64,000 nt of DNA. Source: a virus. Below, piece by piece: positions 1-9,363 of this stretch. The notes under the pieces are model-generated. The model worked only from the letters and a program-made list of their open reading frames with translations, was not told the DNA's origin and ran no database searches. The DNA lies in IMG/VR virus record IMGVR_UViG_3300025117_000036, positions 57,860-121,859 of that record. The stretch is one strand, 5' to 3'. Position 1 is the first letter of the stretch, and the number at the start of each line of letters is the position of its first letter. The translations under genes and the position numbers were made by a program.

Positions 1-45
1 ATCCTCGCAAAGGGAAGAAAAAAGGATTAACGGACGACTATTATA

Positions 46-207
46 ATGTGTAAAAACATCTTTAATTTTAATAATTCTAACGATCCTAATGGCCCTGGAA
101 AAATTCAATTTCCATCAACTTACGATGATGAATTTGAAGAAGATTCATTTACTGAAACAGAAGAAGTTGAATATTCGGAAATAGACTATGGCGAAGATAA
201 AGCTTAA
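46..207 (+). CDS. small acidic hypothetical protein (53 aa)
   Basis: Manual translation MCKNIFNF...YGEDKA*; below the ORF-track size cutoff and co-oriented with downstream genes. Confidence 0.45.
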   Translation: MCKNIFNFNNSNDPNGPGKIQFPSTYDDEFEEDSFTETEEVEYSEIDYGEDKA

Positions 208-333
208 CCCAACTCAAAATAATATCATTCAACATTTTTTAATTTATCTAGATAAAATAGATAAAGCTTGTTGGTAGACAGAAAAAGAATTATATAAAAG
301 AACGATTGAAATTTATAATACGAAGGATAATAA

Positions 334-966
334 ATGAAAATTATTAAGCCATATTATATAATCGAAACTCCCATTATTAGCGAAGAAGAAATTTTAGTAT
401 TCATTGAAAAAGCGGGTAGAACCGCTTATAAAAGCGAAGATCGAATTACATCTGATTCTGCCAAGAAATTTATTGTCAGCATTATCAAAAGCGGTCACGA
501 ATCCGTTATTGAGCATTTTACAATTAGTGTAAGATTTATTTGTGATCGTGGAATTTCACATGAACTTGTACGACATAGAATTGCCAGCTTTACAGAAGTT
601 AGTACGCGATACTGTAACTACAGTAAAGAAAAATTCGGTAATGAAATCACAGTTATAAAACCCTTTTTCTGGAATGAAGATTCTATAGAGTATTCTCTTT
701 GGAAAGAACATTGTGAAGACGCAGAACGTACCTATATGATTTTACTCGAAGAAGGCGCTACGCCAGAACAAGCACGTTCTGTGCTTCCTAATTCATTAAA
801 AACAGAAGTGTTTCAAACTATGAATTTGCGAGAATGGAGGCACTTTCTAAAACTTAGAACTTCTAAAAAAGCACATCCTCAAATGCGAGAATTAGTAATT
901 CCATTATTACGAGAATTTCAAAGTGAGTTTCCAACTTTTTTTGGTGATATAATTATAGAGGAGTAA
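334..966 (+). CDS. thyX: FAD-dependent thymidylate synthase ThyX
   Basis: GHESVIEH, SHELVRHRIASFTEVSTRY (ThyX RHRx7S signature), EQARSVLP, MNLREWRHFLKLR. Confidence 0.97.
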   Translation: MKIIKPYYIIETPIISEEEILVFIEKAGRTAYKSEDRITSDSAKKFIVSIIKSGHESVIEHFTISVRFICDRGISHELVRHRIASFTEVSTRYCNYSKEKFGNEITVIKPFFWNEDSIEYSLWKEHCEDAERTYMILLEEGATPEQARSVLPNSLKTEVFQTMNLREWRHFLKLRTSKKAHPQMRELVIPLLREFQSEFPTFFGDIIIEE

Positions 967-971
967 AAATA

Positions 972-1589
972 ATGAAAGACAATCTAACGGAAATTGTATT
1001 TATTTTAGATCGAAGCGGTTCTATGCAATCTCTTACCGATGATACTATTGGAGGATTCAATTCTTTTATTGATCAGCAAAAAAACGAACCGGGAGAAGCA
1101 TTACTAACCACTATTTTGTTTGATAGCAAATATGAAATTCTTCATAATGGAATAAATCTTAAAGACGTAAAACCCATTACAAAAAAGGAATATTACGTTC
1201 GTGATACAACCGCTTTACTCGACGCTATTGGGAAAGCAATCAACGATGTAGGTCATCGTCTTGATAATACAAAAGAAGAAAGTAAACCGTCTCAAGTTAT
1301 TTTTGTTATTACTACAGACGGTCAAGAAAATTCTAGTAAAGAATTTACCGCACAACAAATTAAAGAAATGGTTGAACATCAAACTAATGTTTATAATTGG
1401 AAATTCGTTTTCCTGGGCGCTAATATGGACGCTGTAGATGTTGGAAATCAATATGGAATTAGTTATGTCGCTACATATTCTGCAACAACTCGCGGAACTA
1501 AAAGCGTTTATTCTACTGTTGCCAACTTGGTAAGCAATAGTCGCTCATCTGGTGAAATTGATGAAAATTGGTCAACCACAATTGAATGA
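972..1589 (+). CDS. von Willebrand factor A domain protein
   Basis: MIDAS motif FILDRSGSM, TALLDAIG, VITTDGQEN. Confidence 0.92.
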   Translation: MKDNLTEIVFILDRSGSMQSLTDDTIGGFNSFIDQQKNEPGEALLTTILFDSKYEILHNGINLKDVKPITKKEYYVRDTTALLDAIGKAINDVGHRLDNTKEESKPSQVIFVITTDGQENSSKEFTAQQIKEMVEHQTNVYNWKFVFLGANMDAVDVGNQYGISYVATYSATTRGTKSVYSTVANLVSNSRSSGEIDENWSTTIE

Positions 1590-1741
1590 GTAATAATGCT
1601 GATAACTTTGAAAATAACAATATAGAATTTAAACCTCCTGTAATAGGTGTTTTTCTATTGCTTATTCCAACTATGTGTTTGATCTATACTGTTATTGGAA
1701 TAATTATTCATTTTTTAATTCATCATTTACATTTATTCTAG
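1586..1741 (+). CDS. small membrane protein (51 aa)
   Basis: ATGA overlap with the vWA stop; MSNNADNF...VIGVFLLLIPTMCLIYTVIGIIIHF has one hydrophobic segment. Confidence 0.5.
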   Translation: MSNNADNFENNNIEFKPPVIGVFLLLIPTMCLIYTVIGIIIHFLIHHLHLF

Positions 1742-1769
1742 ATTATCAATTATTAATTATATTGTTCTC

Positions 1770-1798
1770 TTGACAACAATTTAGCATCGTGTTATTAT
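1770..1798 (+). promoter_or_regulatory. sigma70/sigmaA-type promoter overlapped by an inverted repeat
   Basis: TTGACA-17 bp-TATTAT with extended TG; AGCATCGTGTTATT/AATAGCACGATGCT inverted repeat covers the -10 box. Confidence 0.65.
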
Positions 1799-1860
1799 AC
1801 CAATAGCACGATGCTTACATAATAAAAAGAGTATTTATATAAAATAATGGAGAAAACATA

Positions 1861-2085
1861 ATGACTAAAAACCCAAAGAAAGTACGAACTTTTTGTATTA
1901 TTTCAGATGAAGATGGACATAATTATGTTTGCCCTACTGATAAAATTGAAGATGCTTATGAATATTTTAAATTTGTTAGTGACGATTTAGTAAATGAAAA
2001 ATTTGACGAAGAACCAGAATGGCTAGTATTTATTAATGGCCCGGTCAATAAAGTACATTTTTCTCATTTCGAAATTGAAGATTAA
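1861..2085 (+). CDS. hypothetical protein
   Basis: 74-aa ORF with GGAG RBS. Confidence 0.7.
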   Translation: MTKNPKKVRTFCIISDEDGHNYVCPTDKIEDAYEYFKFVSDDLVNEKFDEEPEWLVFINGPVNKVHFSHFEIED

Positions 2086-2103
2086 TATAAACAGGAAAAT
2101 ATA

Positions 2104-2379
2104 ATGAATAAAAATAATTTTTTATACGTTGTTACAATGTATCGTTATGCAAATAAAGAAGAACATTCCTATGTTCTAGGTGTATACGATAACCCCAATG
2201 AAGCAATCAAGCATGGAAAAGTAGAAGAATCTTGGCGAGGAAACAAATATACTTGTGAGGTTCTTCGTCTTAAATTAAATGATACTACCAATGATTTCGA
2301 TGAAATTATTCTTTCGGTTGAGCGAAATAAAGCCGATGATAGTATTGCAGAAATGAACTTCTTTGATTGGTGTCCATAA
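2104..2379 (+). CDS. hypothetical phage protein
   Basis: 91-aa ORF with AGGA RBS, operonic. Confidence 0.7.
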   Translation: MNKNNFLYVVTMYRYANKEEHSYVLGVYDNPNEAIKHGKVEESWRGNKYTCEVLRLKLNDTTNDFDEIILSVERNKADDSIAEMNFFDWCP

Positions 2380-2380
2380 A

Positions 2381-4444
2381 ATGAAACGTATTTATCGTAA
2401 TCTAGACTTCGATGATGTTTTAATCAAACCTATTCCTTCTCAGGTAAATTCTAGAGAAGAAGTAGATATTTCTGTAAAATTATCTGATAATTTTACTTTA
2501 CAATTTCCTCTAATTGCATCACCTATGCGAGGTATCGTAGATGCTAATTTTGCATCTGCATTATCTGACTTGGGAGGCATTGCAATTCTTCATCGTTTTT
2601 ATAATTCAAAAGATGAATTATATTCTGAATCTAATACTTTACTTCAAACAAATAAAAATTTCGGTATGTCAATTGGATTAAACGATAATGATTATATAAG
2701 CATCTTAGATCGCTATCAACCCAAAATTTTAGTAGTAGACGTTGCAAATGGCTATACTGAATCATTATTGTGCTTCTGTGAAGAAATAAAAAAATATATT
2801 ATCTCTAATAATCTAAACACCCTACTTTGTTCAGGTAATGTGTGTACTGTGCAAGGAGTAGAGAATTTAAGAAATTCAGGGGTGGACATTGTTAGATTTG
2901 GGATTGGGTGTTTTACTAAAGGAACCAGAATTCTCTTATCTAACGGAACTTATAAAAACATAGAAGATATGATCATTGGAGATAGAATTATCAATAAAAA
3001 TGGAAATCCTGCAACCGTTAAGAATGTAATATATAATGGAAAAAAGAACGTTAGAAAAATAAAAACAAATCATTTTTATAAAGAAACATTTGTTACCCCC
3101 AATCACAAATATTTATTGGCAAATATAAATCAAGAAAAACTCGCAAGTAACGGTTATTTATCGGCAATTAAAGATATTGCCTGGAAAGAAATTTGCAATG
3201 CAGATAATACTACCGCATTATTTCCTGCCAAAATTAATTTTGAATTAAAAGATACGTTTTTAATTAATCTTTATAAAAGAAGCGGCGGAAATTGGAGAAC
3301 CGGATATAATTACGCATTAGATATAAATCTAACGCCCTCCTATGAATTGGGTTATATTTTTGGATCGTTCTTAGGAGATGGAAATAGCAATACCCCCTAT
3401 TATAAAAAATCCCATAGGGGCTTTATTAAATGGTATTTTGGATATTCTAAAGATAGAGCAATAAAAAAACTTCCTCTTTGTGTTGAAAAAATATTTAATA
3501 AAAAATTAAAAGTTAATAATACTAAAAATACAATAATTTATACATTTAATTATAAACCTTTTGCCGATTTTTTAAAAGAATTTGGCAGTAAAGAAAATAA
3601 ACAATTACCATCATCTTTACTTGTAAATAATCCTGAATATTTAAAAGGTATTTATGACGGATTAATTGATTCAGATGGAAATATAGAAAAAAAATCAGAT
3701 GTAATAACATTTAGCAATACTTCAATATATCTTGGAGAATTATTTTCTATCTTGTCATTTTTAATCAATGGGTCGTTACCCGTTGCATATGAAAGAAAAA
3801 TAACAACGGGATTATCAAATATGAATTTAGAAAATTGTAAAGATTCCTTTGCATATAAAATATTAAAACAGCCAAATAGGAGAATTTATAATAATAAATA
3901 TATATTAGTAAAAATTTTAAAAAATGAAACAGAAAACAATGATATATTTGAAGATGTATATGACTTAGAAATAGACGACGATACTCATAGCTTTATTGCA
4001 AATAATTGTATTGTTCATAATTCTGGAGGTCTATGTACCACTCGTCTTGTTACTGGAATTGGAAATCCAAGTATTTCGGCTTTACAAGAAACATCTCAAA
4101 TAAATGATGTAATTATCTGTATGGATGGAGGAATAAATTCGAGCGGCAACTTTGTAAAAGCAATTGTGGCTGGTGCAGATTTATGCATGGCAGGATCGAT
4201 TTTTGGAAAAACTTTCGAAAGCCCTAATGATGGTAGTATATTCGGAATGGCGAGTCGTAAATTAAATGAAATGATGTATACTCGAATTAAATCAATTGAA
4301 GGAATTGAAAAAACCGTCAAGAAAGAATATTCTCTTGAACAATTTGTAGAAGAATTTTCATGGGGAATTAAAAGTGCCGCAACCTATTTGAATGCAAGAA
4401 ATCTATATGAAATTTGGTTAAATGGAACATTCATTTTAAAATAA
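2381..4444 (+). CDS. guaC: GMP reductase / IMPDH-family enzyme containing an intein
   Basis: LDFDDVLIKP, ASPM, GGIAILHRF, VDVANG, GNV, GIG|SGGLCTTR catalytic loop, DGGI; no CBS domain; ATG at 2381 preferred; guaC versus guaB is not certain. Confidence 0.8.
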   Translation: MKRIYRNLDFDDVLIKPIPSQVNSREEVDISVKLSDNFTLQFPLIASPMRGIVDANFASALSDLGGIAILHRFYNSKDELYSESNTLLQTNKNFGMSIGLNDNDYISILDRYQPKILVVDVANGYTESLLCFCEEIKKYIISNNLNTLLCSGNVCTVQGVENLRNSGVDIVRFGIGCFTKGTRILLSNGTYKNIEDMIIGDRIINKNGNPATVKNVIYNGKKNVRKIKTNHFYKETFVTPNHKYLLANINQEKLASNGYLSAIKDIAWKEICNADNTTALFPAKINFELKDTFLINLYKRSGGNWRTGYNYALDINLTPSYELGYIFGSFLGDGNSNTPYYKKSHRGFIKWYFGYSKDRAIKKLPLCVEKIFNKKLKVNNTKNTIIYTFNYKPFADFLKEFGSKENKQLPSSLLVNNPEYLKGIYDGLIDSDGNIEKKSDVITFSNTSIYLGELFSILSFLINGSLPVAYERKITTGLSNMNLENCKDSFAYKILKQPNRRIYNNKYILVKILKNETENNDIFEDVYDLEIDDDTHSFIANNCIVHNSGGLCTTRLVTGIGNPSISALQETSQINDVIICMDGGINSSGNFVKAIVAGADLCMAGSIFGKTFESPNDGSIFGMASRKLNEMMYTRIKSIEGIEKTVKKEYSLEQFVEEFSWGIKSAATYLNARNLYEIWLNGTFILK
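2909..4021 (+). mobile_element. intein with LAGLIDADG homing endonuclease (371 aa)
   Basis: N-terminal CFTKGTRILL, block B VTPNHKY, LAGLIDADG motifs GSFLGDG and GLIDSDG, C-terminal VYDLEI...HSFIANNCIVHN followed by +1 Ser. Confidence 0.95.
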
Positions 4445-4457
4445 AACGGAGTATATA

Positions 4458-4688
4458 ATGAATAATAAAAAGTTTTCTGTTAAAGCATATACATTAGAAA
4501 AACAACTTAATAGTCCTCTTCAAGGAAAATACGGTAATATTGATATTTATAAAACTAAGATCACTCTATTAGCCAGAGATTTAACCTGGGGTCAAGCTAA
4601 AAAGATTAGAAATGAAAACAGGGCGTTAAAAGCTGGCATTTTCCCCAATTGTCCAGAACCAGAATTAAAAATTATTAAATTAAACTAA
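4458..4688 (+). CDS. hypothetical protein
   Basis: 76-aa ORF with GGAG RBS. Confidence 0.65.
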   Translation: MNNKKFSVKAYTLEKQLNSPLQGKYGNIDIYKTKITLLARDLTWGQAKKIRNENRALKAGIFPNCPEPELKIIKLN

Positions 4689-4699
4689 ATTAAAATAAA

Positions 4700-5332
4700 A
4701 TGACTCCTAATCTTAATCAATCTATTGCTGAATTAGTAAGGTTGTTCAATATTTTCAATGATGAATTGTTTGACGGTGAATTAGAAGAACCTATTATCAC
4801 TATTCAAAGTTCATGTAAGAAATTTGTAAACGGGTGGTTTACTCCCACCCAAACATGGACAAATGAAAGTAAATCAATTGCTAAAAATGAAATTGCCATT
4901 ATTGCCGAACGGTTGTGCCGACCTCATAAAGAAATAGCAGAAACCATGTTACACGAAATGATTCACTATTATGGATACATTAAAGGTATTAAAAATACCA
5001 ATGGAGAAATCCATAATAAAAAATTCAGGGATATGGCATTGGAACATGGTTTAAATGTTACGAAAGATAAAAAACTAGGTTGGGCTTTCACCTCTTTTAA
5101 TGAAGATGGAGAAAAAGTCTATAATGGAATCGATCCAGACTTAGAAGCTTTTTTGATGTATCGTATTCCAATTGAAAAACCAGAACGAGAAAAAACTATA
5201 AGTTATAAATATACTTGCCCCGAATGTGGCAAAAAATTCACAATCAAACATGATGTAGAAGTTATCTGTAAAGATTGTAACACTGAATTTGACATGGAAG
5301 AAAAGAATCCAGAGGAAGAATCGGAAAGTTAA
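4700..5332 (+). CDS. SprT-like zinc metalloprotease with C-terminal zinc ribbon
   Basis: FNDELFDGEL, TMLHEMIH (HExxH), HNKKFR, CPEC...CKDC. Confidence 0.85.
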   Translation: MTPNLNQSIAELVRLFNIFNDELFDGELEEPIITIQSSCKKFVNGWFTPTQTWTNESKSIAKNEIAIIAERLCRPHKEIAETMLHEMIHYYGYIKGIKNTNGEIHNKKFRDMALEHGLNVTKDKKLGWAFTSFNEDGEKVYNGIDPDLEAFLMYRIPIEKPEREKTISYKYTCPECGKKFTIKHDVEVICKDCNTEFDMEEKNPEEESES

Positions 5333-5333
5333 A

Positions 5334-5879
5334 ATGGAACTAATTGCACTAGTTGATCTAGATGATGTATGTTGCGACACTGTTCCAGCATGGCTAAAAC
5401 TTTATAATCGTAAATATAAACAGAAACTACGAAAGGATGATATTTTAGATTGGAACATTGCAAAATACACTGTTCCTGAATGTGGAGATAAAATCTACGA
5501 TTTATTGAAAAGTAAATCTTTATATAAGCAAATACAGCCTCTACCAGATGCATTAGAAGGTGTAAACTTATTGAGAAATACGGGTTTTACAATTGTATAT
5601 GCTACTGGTGGAAAACCAGAATATTCAGTATATAAACAAGAATGGTTAATAAATAATGGATTCTTTCAAAAAGAGGATCATTATATACAAACCGCAAGTA
5701 AACATCTAATTCGAAGTCATTTAATTATAGATGATAACTATGATAATATTTGTAAAAATCAAGCATTTGCTTTGCTATTTGATGCGCCGTGGAATCAGCA
5801 ATATTATTTTAAAAATAGAATGATGGGATGGAATCAAATTATAAAAGTTATAAAAGATTATAAGGATAGTATTGTATGA
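5334..5879 (+). CDS. 5'(3')-deoxyribonucleotidase (HAD, NT5C family)
   Basis: VDLDDV motif I, LIIDDN, LLFDAPWN; ATG at 5334 preferred over 5289. Confidence 0.88.
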   Translation: MELIALVDLDDVCCDTVPAWLKLYNRKYKQKLRKDDILDWNIAKYTVPECGDKIYDLLKSKSLYKQIQPLPDALEGVNLLRNTGFTIVYATGGKPEYSVYKQEWLINNGFFQKEDHYIQTASKHLIRSHLIIDDNYDNICKNQAFALLFDAPWNQQYYFKNRMMGWNQIIKVIKDYKDSIV

Positions 5880-6409
5880 AAAAGATTGTGGTTATTGGAG
5901 GTAGTGCGAATCACGGAAAAGACACTTTTGGAAAATACTTAAAAGAACAGTTAGAACAAAGCGACAACAAAGTTTTAATCATGCATTTTGCAGATTATTT
6001 AAAATATATTTGCAAGCAATATTTTCAATGGAACGGTGAAAAAGATATTGAAGGAAGAACGTTATTACAATTTGTTGGAACTGATAAAATTCGTTCTGTT
6101 TATCCTAATTTTTGGGTAGAAAATATTGAAAATTTTATAAATATATTTAAAAATGATTTTGATTATTTTCTTTTGTGTGATTTTAGGTTTGAAAATGAGT
6201 ATTGGTATTTCAAAGATTTAAATTATCCAATAATTTCAATAAGAGTGAACCGCATAGGTTATAAAAGCAATTTAACGCCAGAACAACAATCCCATCCTAG
6301 TGAAACGGGTTTAAATGATTTTGAATTTGATTTTGTAACTTACATCGAAGAAGGATTAGAAAACGTTGAAGGCGCAGTAGAAAGATTTATAAAAATTTAT
6401 CAGTTATAA
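5876..6409 (+). CDS. deoxynucleoside monophosphate kinase
   Basis: GGSANHGKDT P-loop, FADYLK, RTLLQFVGT, DFRFENE, HPSE. Confidence 0.88.
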   Translation: MKKIVVIGGSANHGKDTFGKYLKEQLEQSDNKVLIMHFADYLKYICKQYFQWNGEKDIEGRTLLQFVGTDKIRSVYPNFWVENIENFINIFKNDFDYFLLCDFRFENEYWYFKDLNYPIISIRVNRIGYKSNLTPEQQSHPSETGLNDFEFDFVTYIEEGLENVEGAVERFIKIYQL

Positions 6410-6435
6410 TTCATATCAATAAGGAGGTATAAAAG

Positions 6436-6684
6436 TTGAAACTATATAAATTCTACAAAAAGGGGTGTCCACCATGTTATTCTTTATCTCGGATTTTAAA
6501 AACTATCAATATTCCTGAAAACATTGACGTTATTAATGTAGATACCGCAATTGAAAGCAATAAAGAGTTAATTAATATTTTTGACATAGATCAAATTCCG
6601 GCACTAGTTTTTGAAAATGGAGAACAATTAATTGGAATGCATAGTAAATTAGAAATAGAACAATTTTTAAGAAAGGTGGAATAA
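6436..6684 (+). CDS. thioredoxin/glutaredoxin-like protein
   Basis: CPPC active site, IPALVF; AAGGAGG RBS; immediately upstream of the RNR gene. Confidence 0.88.
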   Translation: MKLYKFYKKGCPPCYSLSRILKTINIPENIDVINVDTAIESNKELINIFDIDQIPALVFENGEQLIGMHSKLEIEQFLRKVE

Positions 6685-6689
6685 TTAGT

Positions 6690-8315
6690 TTGGAAAATTC
6701 ATTTTCAAAATCAATCATGAATCTTCGTTATTCATGGGACAAAGAAAACGGAGAAAAAGAGACTTGGGAAGATATTGCCTACAGGGTTGTTCCAAATGTT
6801 TTCAACATTGTAGACTTTAAAGGTAAACAAGATATTGTCAATGAAATCATTCAATTATTTATTAATAGAAAATTTATCCCCGGAGGTAGATTTTTAGCAC
6901 AAGCAGGTAGAAGCTACCACCAAACAAACAATTGTTTTTTACTTCGCGCGGAGGATAGTCGTGAAGGATGGGGAGATTTACTGAATAAAGCAACCTTATT
7001 CTTAATGAGTGGTGGAGGAATTGGAGTAGATTACTCTAACCTACGCCCAAATGGATTTCCTTTAAAAAGAAGCGGAGGTTTTTCCTCCGGCCCTTTACCA
7101 CTAATGAAAACCATCAATGAAGTAGGACGTGGGGTAATGGCAGGAGGAAGTAGGAGAAGTGCAATTTGGGCAGGATTAAAATGGAATCATGATGACATCG
7201 AGTCTTTTATTGCTTGCAAAAATTGGATTCCAGAGGTCAGAAAATTAAAAGAAAAAGATTTTGATTTCCCTGCAACAATGGATATGACAAATGTATCGGT
7301 AATTTTAGATAAAAATTTTTTTGATGCTTACCATAATGAAAATAATTCACAACATTCTTTAGCGCAAAATATATATTGGCAAACAATCAAAAAAATGATC
7401 AAAACAGGAGAGCCGGGTTTTAGTGTGGATTTCGACAATCCGAATGAGTCTCTTAGAAACGCGTGTACAGAAATTGTTTCTGAAGACGATTCTGATGTAT
7501 GTTGTCTTGGTTCAATCAACTTAGCAAATATTTCATCTATGGAAGAATTAAAATATGTTACAGAGTTAGCACAATTATTTTTAATTGTCGGAGTAAAATA
7601 TTCAGATGTACCCCATCCTAAGGTTAAAATAGTTAGAGAGAAAAACCACAGAACAGGATTAGGATTAATGGGAATTCACGAATGGCTGATTCGTCATAAT
7701 CACGCCTATGGTCGCAATGAAGAATTAGCTGGCTGGTTACAAGTTTGGAAAGACACATCGGATAATTCAGCTTTAAATTGGTCAAACCAATTAGGATTTA
7801 ACACACCAATTAAAAAACGTGCTTTAGCACCAAATGGCTCTATTTCTATTGCGGGTGGAATGACAACATCTGGATTAGAACCCATTTTTTCAACAGCATA
7901 TCAAAGGCGTTATCTAACGCCTGACGGATGGAAAAAGCAATATGTAGTTGACTTTGTTGCTGAAAAATTATATTCGGAAGGATATAATATCGACAACATT
8001 GAAGATGCATATTCATTAAGTTTCGATGTTGAAAGACGAATTGATTTTCAAGCATTCCTTCAAGAATATGTAGACAATTCTATTGCTTCAACAATAAATT
8101 TGCCCACTTTTGGAACAGCAGGAAATGAAAGCGTTGAGGATTTTGGAAACATTTTAATTAAACACTTACCAAAGCTTCGAGGAATCACGGTATATCCAAA
8201 TGGAGCAAGAGGGGGTCAACCCCTCACCCCCGTAGAATTTGAATTTGCCATCAATCGAAAAAACGTAGTTTTTGAAGGTAATGAAGAATGTGAAAATGGA
8301 ATATGCGGAGTATAA
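6690..8315 (+). CDS. nrdJ: class II (adenosylcobalamin-dependent) ribonucleotide reductase
   Basis: ETWEDIAYRV, PGGR, NNCF, GGGIG, RRSA, GEPG, NACTEI thiyl-radical loop, CCLGSINL, APNGSIS, C-terminal CENGICGV cysteine pair; no beta subunit nearby. Confidence 0.9.
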   Translation: MENSFSKSIMNLRYSWDKENGEKETWEDIAYRVVPNVFNIVDFKGKQDIVNEIIQLFINRKFIPGGRFLAQAGRSYHQTNNCFLLRAEDSREGWGDLLNKATLFLMSGGGIGVDYSNLRPNGFPLKRSGGFSSGPLPLMKTINEVGRGVMAGGSRRSAIWAGLKWNHDDIESFIACKNWIPEVRKLKEKDFDFPATMDMTNVSVILDKNFFDAYHNENNSQHSLAQNIYWQTIKKMIKTGEPGFSVDFDNPNESLRNACTEIVSEDDSDVCCLGSINLANISSMEELKYVTELAQLFLIVGVKYSDVPHPKVKIVREKNHRTGLGLMGIHEWLIRHNHAYGRNEELAGWLQVWKDTSDNSALNWSNQLGFNTPIKKRALAPNGSISIAGGMTTSGLEPIFSTAYQRRYLTPDGWKKQYVVDFVAEKLYSEGYNIDNIEDAYSLSFDVERRIDFQAFLQEYVDNSIASTINLPTFGTAGNESVEDFGNILIKHLPKLRGITVYPNGARGGQPLTPVEFEFAINRKNVVFEGNEECENGICGV

Positions 8316-8364
8316 TAAATAATCAAATAAAATAAAATATTTATTATAAGTTATAAAAATAAAT

Positions 8365-8904
8365 ATGAATAAAAATATTCTAAGTTATGAAGAAATAATG
8401 TATTTTTTAAAACAAGAAATAAAAACCAGCCCATATGCCCACATGACATTTGAAGAAAAATTTTGGTTACAAGTTAATATTAAATCAAAAAATGAATGTT
8501 GGGAATTCACTAAACATTTATATAGCAATGGATATGGAATGTTTAATATAAGTTATCGATCAGTATTAGCCCATCGATTATCTTATATGATACATTATGG
8601 TAAAATTCCAGACAATAAAATTATTATGCATTCTTGCGATAATAGAAAATGTGTTAATCCTTTTCATTTATCAGCAGGAACTCAAAGTGAAAATGTACAA
8701 GATATGCTGTCTAAGGGTAGAGATAATTTTTCTAAAGGAACAAATCACTTTCGATGTAAGCTAGATGATAATCAAATTAAAGAAATTATCGATGCTAGGA
8801 AAAAAGGAATACCAGGAAAAGAATTATCTGAAAAATATAACGTATCTTGCCCTCAAATATATAGAGTCGCTAATGGAAAAAGGAGAAACAATGCTAATAA
8901 ATGA
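8365..8904 (+). CDS. free-standing HNH homing endonuclease with C-terminal HTH
   Basis: CWEF, NGYG, AHRLSY, HSCDNRKCVNPFHL, ENVQD. Confidence 0.92.
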   Translation: MNKNILSYEEIMYFLKQEIKTSPYAHMTFEEKFWLQVNIKSKNECWEFTKHLYSNGYGMFNISYRSVLAHRLSYMIHYGKIPDNKIIMHSCDNRKCVNPFHLSAGTQSENVQDMLSKGRDNFSKGTNHFRCKLDDNQIKEIIDARKKGIPGKELSEKYNVSCPQIYRVANGKRRNNANK

Positions 8905-9244
8905 ATATGTAAAAAATTCTCAGCGCACTTTGGCAAAATTAGAAAATAAACAACTAGACAATTTACATGTTACTCTAGGAATGCTAACCGAAGTTGGAGA
9001 ACTTGCAGATCAATTCAAGAAAAATATGGCATACAATAAAGAAATTGATTGGGTCAACGTTCAGGAAGAAATCGGAGATTTAATGTTTTATGTTGCGGGT
9101 CTTTGCACTATCAACAACTTTGACCTAGAAAAAATTCTCTTTAAAAACATTGAAAAACTAAAAGCCCGTTATCCAGAAAAATTTACTGAGAAAAACGCCA
9201 TTAATCGAGATTTAGATAAAGAGCGAGAAGTTTTAGAAAAATAG
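8891..9244 (+). CDS. MazG-like nucleotide pyrophosphohydrolase
   Basis: GMLTEVGELADQFKK, EEIGDLMFYV, NIEKLKARYP; AGGAG RBS before ATG 8891. Confidence 0.9.
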   Translation: MLINEYVKNSQRTLAKLENKQLDNLHVTLGMLTEVGELADQFKKNMAYNKEIDWVNVQEEIGDLMFYVAGLCTINNFDLEKILFKNIEKLKARYPEKFTEKNAINRDLDKEREVLEK

Positions 9245-9266
9245 TAAATTTTTATCAAAAAAACGA

Positions 9267-9306
9267 AAAAAATAGGTTGCTAACACGTGTTAGCAACCTA
9301 TTTTTT
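9267..9306. terminator. bidirectional intrinsic terminator between convergent modules
   Basis: Perfect palindrome AAAAAATAGGTTGCTAACACGTGTTAGCAACCTATTTTTT. Confidence 0.85.
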
Positions 9307-9363
9307 GCAAAAATTATCGAAATTTTACCTATAAAATATTTCTTTTATTATAAACCCTTTTTA

